From a virus: a DNA stretch of 64,000 nt. Positions 57,023 through 64,000 of the stretch are shown one piece after another. A program made the translations under genes and the position numbers. The stretch covers positions 1 to 64,000 of the IMG/VR virus record IMGVR_UViG_3300037200_000120; one strand, 5' to 3'. How positions within the stretch are numbered: position 1 is the stretch's first letter; each line of letters begins with the position of its first letter. The notes beneath the pieces were generated by a model that saw only the letters and a list, made by a program, of their open reading frames with translations, was not told where the DNA came from and made no database searches.

Positions 57023-57624
57023 CAGGAAACCGAACTCAGCGCGTCGGCGAGCGATACTTGCGGCGCGCTCAGATTTTGCACGAGGTTTCCCGCCGATGCA
57101 GCGAAGGGGATAGCCGGAGAGATCGCGACTCCGGTATAGCCCTGCGTGCCGACCTGAGAGGGAAACCCAATGCTGAATCCAGCACTGAAAGAACCTGGCA
57201 CTGGATTTGGCTGGAATCCCGTGGCAAAATCGCTATTCCAATCACTGTTGTAATCCCCAGAGGTCAGATCGACGACGGTCGTGAAGAAGTTGCTTCCATC
57301 GTCCAGAATGATAGCGATGGTGTTCCCGGCCACCGCGTCGATCGAATTTTGGAGATAGAGCACATTGTTCTGAATAGCTGCAGCAAGCGCCAGCGTGGTT
57401 TCGAGGCCGAGGAACTGGTTTGCTTGACGCGGGCGCGCTTCGGGAGCGATTTGATTGTCGCGACGGCCGCGCACCCAATCTTGTGAATTACGGGCTTCCC
57501 ACTCGCTGGTCGTAACCCAGTACCCCTGCCACGTTTTGCGAGTATTACCTTCTCTTTCTGCAAAACCGCTGAAATCCGAAATGCGGTACCATGAGCCAGG
57601 CTTGTACCTCAACTTCGTTGACAT
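57022..57624 (-). CDS. Conserved virion-module protein
   Basis: YKPGSWYRISDFSGF...WEARNSQDWVRG..D......ARP. Confidence 0.7.
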   Translation of the reverse strand: MSTKLRYKPGSWYRISDFSGFAEREGNTRKTWQGYWVTTSEWEARNSQDWVRGRRDNQIAPEARPRQANQFLGLETTLALAAAIQNNVLYLQNSIDAVAGNTIAIILDDGSNFFTTVVDLTSGDYNSDWNSDFATGFQPNPVPGSFSAGFSIGFPSQVGTQGYTGVAISPAIPFAASAGNLVQNLSAPQVSLADALSSVS

Positions 57625-57747
57625 TATATACCCTCCGTCAACTTAGTTGGAACAGCCACATATGAAAATGAAGAGAATAAATCACAACCTTTGGCATCAC
57701 CGCTTGATTAGAGCGAGCTATTTCAACGCCCGTGAGACAAGCCTAAT

Positions 57748-58137
57748 TCACACCCCAGCGATACAATCTAGGCTTATCACGAAGCCGGCCGTCGCAGAAT
57801 TTATAGTCGTCGCGCTGATCAGGATATTCCCGTTCGGCGTGCCGGCCGCGTTGGGCAGGCCGGCGGAATAGCTATTCGACCAATCGATGATATCCTCGCC
57901 CTGTCCGAGATAGGCCAGCGTGGCGGGGGTTCCACCCCCCCACGTCAGCGTAACAACCATGTTGGTGATTGAATATTTGATCCGCTTGACCTTGAGATGA
58001 CCAAGCGGATTTTTGACGCACAGCGACCCGTTGAGGAACACGTAGTTGGTCAGACCCGTTCCGTCGGAGACGTCCGCGAGCGTGACGTTGATATTTCTGA
58101 CGCCGTAATAAGGCGTGAACGTCAGCGCGTCGGCCAT
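57748..58137 (-). CDS. Virion structural protein
   Basis: GGAGG RBS; beta-rich 129 aa. Confidence 0.65.
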   Translation of the reverse strand: MADALTFTPYYGVRNINVTLADVSDGTGLTNYVFLNGSLCVKNPLGHLKVKRIKYSITNMVVTLTWGGGTPATLAYLGQGEDIIDWSNSYSAGLPNAAGTPNGNILISATTINSATAGFVISLDCIAGV

Positions 58138-58160
58138 CTCGGCGACCCTCCCTTACAGCC

Positions 58161-59579
58161 TTACGAGACCGTCACGCCTTCGGCGAGCGGCCGATAGCGG
58201 ATGTACGGCTTCCAAGTGCCGGTCACGGTCGGGCCCGAACCAACAACGATGTTGATAGTTCCCGCCGGCGCCATGATCGTGCCTGGATTGGCAATCAAAT
58301 TGGGACCGTTGGCATTTAGCAGCGCCGCCGTGGCTAGCGCCGTGCCGGCCAGGGTAATGGAGGCGCCCGCTGCGGAGCTAGCCACAGAGGCGGAAGCCGC
58401 GCTGATGGTCTGCGTGCTTCCCGTCGTCGGGATCACTTCGAACTGCACCGTCGCCGCCGTCGAATCGCCGCCGACCGCGCAAATCAGGAACAGCGCCTCA
58501 ATCAGAATTGGGCCACCGGCCACGGTGAACAGCGCGGCACCCGTGGTGAGCAGAATCGCCGCTTTAGTGATGGTCTTGGGCTGCAAGTCGACGACGCCTT
58601 GGAGCAGCGCGTCGATCGAGGCCGTAGCGCTCGGCAGATAGACCGCAGCATCGGTCTTGTTGCCGATGACGTCACGCTCGAGGACGTTGGCCGACGAGTT
58701 CTGCGCCGGCACGGCAAAAGTCGCCGCCGAAGGGAGCCCAGCCGGGGTGACAGCGGAGCCGCCCTGGAAAGCCACGCCACCGATTCCATCATACCCGCTG
58801 ACGAACCATGTCGAGCCGCCGACAGTATCGACCACGTTCTTGGTAATGGCGGTATTGTAGTTGTAGAAATAGCCGCTGACCTGAACGTCCACGCAGGCGG
58901 TCGTGGCGAAATCGACGACCGCGGTCGACCAGGCGCCGTAGGCATTGACGACGATATCGGCATTGACGACGCCGACCAATTTGACCATCGTGACGCCGAT
59001 GGTCGAGGCTGTGAACCCTTGATGGGTGAGGTTGAGCGTGAGATTCGACGCCGCCGCAGTCGTGATGACGTCCGTCACCGCCCCAACCGTCGACGAAACG
59101 TCCTGGACCAGCGCCGAGATATTGACGCCAGCGGCCTGAATCGCGAAGATCGTCGCCAGCGAGGCGATGTTGGCGACGAAGACGGGGAGCGCGCCGGGAG
59201 CGCCGCCGATAAAAGTATTCGCCCCCGTGATCAGAATGGTTGCGGTAGTCGCTGTTCCCAGCGTGAATGTCGCCGCCTCGGCGCCGACGCCTAGATTCCA
59301 GAAGGTCAGACCCGCTTTGCTGATCGTGAGGCCGCCGGCCGCGCTGATCGTCTCCGCATGCCCCGCCATCCAGACGATGACGTCGCCGGGGCTCGCCAGC
59401 GTGATCGCGCGCTGCGTCGTCTTGAGCGGCTGCGCGAACGAACCCGCGTTGCCGTCGACGCCCGTCGCCGAATTGACGAACCAGACCGAACCGGAAGTCG
59501 GAGGAATCCCCGCCGTTCCCATGGTAGGAACGCCGAACGAGGTGACGCCGAAAGGAAAATTGGTATAACCCATTGTCAT
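58161..59579 (-). CDS. Virion structural protein (head fibre / decoration candidate)
   Basis: TNFPFGVTSFGVP, WFVNS..G.DGNAGS..QP..T, GHAETIS. Confidence 0.7.
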   Translation of the reverse strand: MTMGYTNFPFGVTSFGVPTMGTAGIPPTSGSVWFVNSATGVDGNAGSFAQPLKTTQRAITLASPGDVIVWMAGHAETISAAGGLTISKAGLTFWNLGVGAEAATFTLGTATTATILITGANTFIGGAPGALPVFVANIASLATIFAIQAAGVNISALVQDVSSTVGAVTDVITTAAASNLTLNLTHQGFTASTIGVTMVKLVGVVNADIVVNAYGAWSTAVVDFATTACVDVQVSGYFYNYNTAITKNVVDTVGGSTWFVSGYDGIGGVAFQGGSAVTPAGLPSAATFAVPAQNSSANVLERDVIGNKTDAAVYLPSATASIDALLQGVVDLQPKTITKAAILLTTGAALFTVAGGPILIEALFLICAVGGDSTAATVQFEVIPTTGSTQTISAASASVASSAAGASITLAGTALATAALLNANGPNLIANPGTIMAPAGTINIVVGSGPTVTGTWKPYIRYRPLAEGVTVS

Positions 59580-59687
59580 GACTCCGAGAGTGCCCGGCGT
59601 GATTCGAACCGCCGCTTACCCGACCAGGGACACAGAGAGGATTGCGCTACGCGCCGCTGACGCCGGGTTTTGAGCCTTCGGGAGGGC

Positions 59688-60398
59688 TTAGAGCTTGTGC
59701 TTCGCTAGATAGGCGATGGCGCGTTGGAGAATGGCCTGATCGTCTCGACCGTAGCCGAGCATTCGATTGCAGCGGACGCAAAGGAGACCGCGAACCTTGC
59801 CGGTGTCGTGATCGTGGTCTACGGACAACTCTTGGACTACTTTCGTCCTCGAGTTGATGAAACTCTCAGGATTGCCGCATATGTCGCAAACATACCCTTG
59901 AGCTTTCGCCAGGGCGGCATATTCCGTCACGTCGATGCCGAACTTTTTCTTCAGCGTCCAATTGCGGACGTAATCGGCACGCTCTTGCGGCGTGAAGTAG
60001 TCCTTGACGGGAACCTCAGGCGGCGGCAACCAGAACAGATTGTCTTTCACCCACGGGCCGGTAGGATCGATCAGCCTGAGAACATGCTTTGGGCCTGGAC
60101 GCTCCCCGACATCGGCGAGGAAGGCGTCAAACCAGCGCCAGGAGGCCGGATAGTTGCCGGCCCCTAAGCGCAGCCTCGTATTTTTCCAGAGCGGCTTTAA
60201 CGGGTGACTGTCCCGCGCGTAATGGTGCGAGCAAAGCTTCTTGGCGAAAACGATTTCCGTGCATCCCTCGATATCGCACGTTCTCGTCAATTCCGAGTAT
60301 TCAGACAACGTACCGCTGGTGCGCTCGCTTTCGTAGCACCCAGTGCATAATCCGCGCCCTTGGTTGCGCTTATCTCTACCGCATTTCCTGCATATCAT
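59688..60398 (-). CDS. Free-standing endonuclease VII-family (homing) endonuclease
   Basis: LKKKFGI...EY......QG..CDIC...LSVDHDHDTGKVRGLLCVRCNRMLG; two N-terminal zinc fingers. Confidence 0.9.
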   Translation of the reverse strand: MICRKCGRDKRNQGRGLCTGCYESERTSGTLSEYSELTRTCDIEGCTEIVFAKKLCSHHYARDSHPLKPLWKNTRLRLGAGNYPASWRWFDAFLADVGERPGPKHVLRLIDPTGPWVKDNLFWLPPPEVPVKDYFTPQERADYVRNWTLKKKFGIDVTEYAALAKAQGYVCDICGNPESFINSRTKVVQELSVDHDHDTGKVRGLLCVRCNRMLGYGRDDQAILQRAIAYLAKHKL

Positions 60399-60479
60399 CC
60401 GGTTACGGCCATGGTAGGCCCCTCTGTTGAAGGAAGCCAACCATGTACCTTTTTGTTGACGACCAATCAAGATCAATCG

Positions 60480-62597
60480 TCAGACGCCAGGCCATTATTT
60501 CACCCTCGGTCGCTATCCCGAAGATCGTCCACTGAGGACTGCTGAACGTTTCCGCTCAGAGAAGACCATATCATGATCTCTCGAAAGAGACCCTGCGCAC
60601 TTCCCGCCGCTTGGCGGTACTCCCCGAAGGGATGGCCGTTGAACCTTCCGCTCATTGAGCGGCTCGGCTGCTGATTGTCCAATCTAGTTGCTTTTCAAAC
60701 TATCGCGCCCGCCGTTGCCGGCCACGCTGTAGTGAACTAGCTCTAAGGATGTTCCAGCAATTCACGCAGTTATTCGACAGTAGTCGCCTACTGAAGGACC
60801 CAATATGTGGCGTCACATATAGTAACGAGTCCCGTAGATCCCGCGGAAGTCGCTCCAACCGCAAGAATAACGCTCGTAACAAGCCGCTTTGGCGTTCTTG
60901 GTATCGACGCTTATGTTCGATTTGGATAGCAACTCCAAACCCGTCCTAAGTGGACTGCCTCATATTACTATGAGGGCCAGACTATATCATCATCCTGAAT
61001 ACTCAGGAGTGGGGCGCTTCGGCTCGCTTGAGCCTACGATCTCGCGATCTAGTCGTTGCACCTTCCGTCTCTCGACGGCTTGGCTCAGGATTGTCCCCGG
61101 CACCACCCGGTAGGAGATTCCCTGAGTTCACCCCATTCTTCGATGCGAGTCACCCCGCAAAGGACCTAATTCCAAAGAATTGAGTCGTTGTCCTGATCGC
61201 TAACTATTCGAAATGAATCGCTAATTCATCCCCGGCTTGCGCCTGCTGCACGTTTCCGCGCAGAGTGGACTATATCTTCATCTATTCAATACTGAATAGA
61301 GCTAGGAACTTCGGCCCGCTTGGGCCTACGGTCTCGCGACCTAGTCTCTGAACCTTCATCACGATATTACATGATGCTTGGCTGCTGATTGCCCAATCCT
61401 GCAAATTTTCAAACCGTCACGCTCGCCGTTACCAGCCACGTTGTGGTTTTGCAGGCTCTAAGGGTGTTCCAGCAATTCACCTAGTTTAGACAGCTCCAAT
61501 CATTAAAGCTGATGCCCTCGCGCTCGTACCACATCATCCCGCGCGGGATATTCGTCCTGATAAACCAGGCGGTCGCGCTGGAGAAATAGTGGCTGGCGAA
61601 GATCCCCTTCGGGAAAGCTCCCATGGCGCGCATCACGTTGATGTTGTTGTTCGCCGTGTCGCTCTGAAGCACGCTCTTGTAGATGCGGTTAGCTTCGAAG
61701 ATGAGCTGATAGGGGATATGGAGGGACTGAGGAAGCGCGGAGATTTTCAGCCCGCGCGAATTGACCGTGAGGCCGACCTGGATCAGCAGATCCTCGATTG
61801 CGGTTTCGGACAAGTCCGCCGCCGTCGTGAGGAGATTCGACTGAGAGCCGCCGACAGTCGGATGCGCATTGTTGATCATGCACGTTCCGTCGCCGCCCGT
61901 ATAGGCCGTGTTGAATGCACGGTTGTAGACGTTGGCCGCGATGTTTTCCTTGGTCTGCCGCATCGAGAACGCCAATTGCTGGGCGCGACGCTTGCTGACC
62001 ACTTCGTAGAGATCGTCTTTCAACTCTTCGTACGTGACGATGTAGCCGAGAGCATAGGCGACGTTCGTATAGCGAGTGACCGAACCCTGGGTTTCGGTGT
62101 CGTACACGATCGAAGTGCCTTCGTTCTTGACCGGCGCCAAGCCGAAGCCGGTGATTTCGACCTCTTCTTCGTACGCCTTGTCTGAGGTGTCCTGCTCGAA
62201 CAGATCCGACCATTCGGAAACGTGTTCGTCGTAGGAACGCCCCCACCAAGCCGCGATTCCTGGCCAAAGGGCCTTCGCTTGTTTGTTCGACGCAATTCGC
62301 TAGATTGCGCCCGTCGCTCTAAACGCGACCGCTGCATATCGCTATGCAGGCCTGACTATCTCTTGCCCCTCAATTGATCGATAGGGGCCGCACCATTTCG
62401 GCTCGCTTGAGCCTACGGCCTTTCGGCCTAGTCGATGAACCTTACGACGTGCTATGATCGTCGTCTTGGCTGCTGATTGTCCGATCGTCGGAATCAGAAC
62501 GAGCGGAGTTCCCGGCAATTAAATGCGATCCCATTGCGCATTACGGCGCAATGGCCCGAGTTTATGCAGGATGTGTGCCTGTAGTAATAACGGCCAT
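60480..62597 (-). CDS. Major capsid protein, 5 exons: 62568-62597, 61506-62275, 61183-61199, 60828-60907, 60480-60491 (302 aa)
   Basis: GGAGG RBS. The splice gives MAVITTGTHP|KALWPGI...REGISF|DQDNDF|DTKNAKAACYERYSCGWSDFRGIYGT|PGV*, 909 nt in frame. Confidence 0.9.
60492..60827 (-). ncRNA. Group I intron 4 (336 nt, no ORF)
   Basis: 5' exon ends in U, intron ends in G; AATTGCTGGAA, AATCAGCAG, TTCAACGGCCA, ATGATATGGTC; P1 GGGACU/GGUCCU. Confidence 0.9.
60908..61182 (-). ncRNA. Group I intron 3 (275 nt, no ORF)
   Basis: AACTCAGGGAA, AATCCTGAG, TGCAACGACTA, ATGATATAGTC; U|...G| boundaries. Confidence 0.9.
61200..61505 (-). ncRNA. Group I intron 2 (306 nt, no ORF)
   Basis: AATTGCTGGAA, AATCAGCAG, TTCAGAGACTA, AAGATATAGTC; P1 CAGCUU/GAGCUG and P10 UGAUUG/CGAUCA. 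Confidence 0.92.
62276..62567 (-). ncRNA. Group I intron 1 (292 nt, no ORF)
   Basis: AATTGCCGGGAA, AATCAGCAG, TTCATCGACTA, AAGAGATAGTC; boundaries CCU|...GCG|AAG. Confidence 0.9.
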
Positions 62598-62627
62598 GTC
62601 GGCCTCCTATGTTTCTCCAGCCAGCCC

Positions 62628-63257
62628 TTATTCGCCGGTGGTGTTGGTGAACTGATGCAGGTTGATCGATGTCAGCCACTTGGCGTTGGTCCCAAGAACG
62701 TTGTCGGCCTGTTCCAGCAATCTGAGAACGCGCATCTGAAGCGCGCTGGTCGAGAGCGAGGCGGAACCCAACTGCCAGCCGGAATATCCGGTGACGGTGG
62801 AACCCGCGCCCGCGACGAGATCGACGTTCTTGCCGGGCCCCGGAACGGAGCCGGCGGTCGGGGTCGCGCCCGCCATGTTGCCGTTTTCCTGCGCCTCGAA
62901 GAGCAGGAACGGATCGTCGGCGACCAGGATATACCCGGCCGTCAGCGCCGGCAGATAGACGTTGCTGGCCTGAGTAATCGGGATGATCGGCTCGCCGCCG
63001 TTGACCCGACCCACGACGGAGCCGATCAGGCCATAGGTGCCGATGCCGGAATCGGTGCCGTTGCCAGCGGTGATGATTTGAACGGCGGGGATGCCGTTAC
63101 CGTCGGCCGAACCGCTCAGGATTTGAACGGGATCGCCGATGTAGAGCGCCGTAGCATTGGCCGCCGGAACGTAATAGATGTTCGCGGCGCCGTTGTACGG
63201 GGCTCCTGACCTGTAGCGGTAGGGGATGAGCCCGCGCGCTACGACAGCGTTAGCCAT
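62628..63257 (-). CDS. Head structural protein upstream of the capsid gene
   Basis: MAN....GL.P...LYIGDPV...VADDP.LLFEAQ...NLHQ. Confidence 0.75.
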   Translation of the reverse strand: MANAVVARGLIPYRYRSGAPYNGAANIYYVPAANATALYIGDPVQILSGSADGNGIPAVQIITAGNGTDSGIGTYGLIGSVVGRVNGGEPIIPITQASNVYLPALTAGYILVADDPFLLFEAQENGNMAGATPTAGSVPGPGKNVDLVAGAGSTVTGYSGWQLGSASLSTSALQMRVLRLLEQADNVLGTNAKWLTSINLHQFTNTTGE

Positions 63258-63366
63258 GGGGCTAATCCTTCATGTCGGAGTTTTGGTAGCCGCTGGCATG
63301 ATTGGCTGCGGCGCGAAATCGCTGTTGATTGACCCGGAAGAACGAGCCGGGGCCGATGCTCTATGG

Positions 63367-63954
63367 CTATCGACGGGCGTGCGTGGTCGAGATCTTGATC
63401 CCCCGACCTTCCGAACTGGGGTAGAAACGTTTCTGATCCACCGCGTCCTTGGCGTTGACCATGCCGCGGCGAATGGCGTCCTCGCGCTGGGCGACATCCT
63501 GCTCTTGAGCGGCCATGTCGTCGGCGTGCCATTCCTCGGGGATTTCAAGGAGATGGGAATATTGCGGGACGCCGCCTTCGCGGACGCCGGTCACGCGCTG
63601 GACGTTCTTGCCTCTGGCATCCTTGACCGGAGTCCAACCGCCTTCTTCGAGTGCGAATTCGATACGACCTGGATTGTCGACGAACCAGTGACGATAATAG
63701 CCGGGACGGGAGGGATAGGCGAGCTTCTGTTGCGTGGACCCGAACGGGCGCCGATTGGCGCGGGTGCGGCGCGGCGCGTCCGAGGAGGCGTCGGCCGTGA
63801 CGCCAGCGCCGACAGGGAGGGCATCCGAAGGCAACGGAGAGGCGCTGGCTCCTTCGAGGCCCTGATTGGCCGCTGAGGGGCTCTGAGCGGCTTGCTGGGC
63901 TTGCGGCGGAGCTGGGTTGACCCCCGCGAGTTGAACGGCGCGGGCGGCGCGCAT
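63367..63954 (-). CDS. Conserved head-module hypothetical protein
   Basis: RPGYYRHWFVDNPGRI...GW.PV...LLEIPEEWH..D; AAGGA RBS. Confidence 0.7.
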   Translation of the reverse strand: MRAARAVQLAGVNPAPPQAQQAAQSPSAANQGLEGASASPLPSDALPVGAGVTADASSDAPRRTRANRRPFGSTQQKLAYPSRPGYYRHWFVDNPGRIEFALEEGGWTPVKDARGKNVQRVTGVREGGVPQYSHLLEIPEEWHADDMAAQEQDVAQREDAIRRGMVNAKDAVDQKRFYPSSEGRGIKISTTHARR

Positions 63955-64000
63955 TTCCTTGGTGAAACCGCGAGGGCGCGGAGCGTCGTGTTGGGCTGCG

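Noticed and set aside
61481-62140. Stand-alone 219-aa or pseudogenised capsid
   Set aside because: It is part of exon 2 of the spliced gene. The flanking exons restore a complete reading frame.
1-64000. Integrase, terminase, portal, replication genes, rRNA, cas genes
   Set aside because: None is recognisable in this window. Lifestyle and packaging mode cannot be called from it.

Overview
This is a 64 kb piece of a GC-rich tailed-phage or prophage genome. The virion genes are podovirus/P22-like, and an alphaproteobacterial host is inferred from gene content and promoter style. The left arm (1-22.7 kb, + strand) is an early/accessory operon encoding an LRR-repeat protein, an adenine methyltransferase, a RecT/Bet recombinase, an HNH nuclease, DUF5131, an HD hydrolase and HicB-like proteins. 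It has been invaded by a complete IS605-type tnpA/tnpB element, an IS1595 element with passenger genes and an 8-bp TSD, a transposase-less relative with the same ends, and a truncated tnpB. The right arm (22.9-64 kb, mostly - strand) is the late operon: capsid, head-tail adaptor, gp10-like tail hub, ejection proteins, fibre/spike genes and lysis genes. It is interrupted by + strand islands of small promoter-driven genes and by a non-autonomous TIR element. Main highlights: (1) The major capsid gene is split by four ORF-less group I introns into exons of 30, 770, 17, 80 and 12 nt, which splice to a clean 302-aa protein. A free-standing endonuclease VII gene lies immediately downstream. (2) An intergenic cassette at 32.5-33.1 kb has two matching sigma70 promoters that drive two paralogous RNAs closed by the same 10-bp stem plus ACC(A), followed by a tRNA-like RNA with about 88 nt in place of the anticodon arm. 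(3) A run of seven fibre/spike-region genes all begin with Sec- or Tat-like signal peptides. All calls come from reading the sequence; no database searches or folding programs were run.
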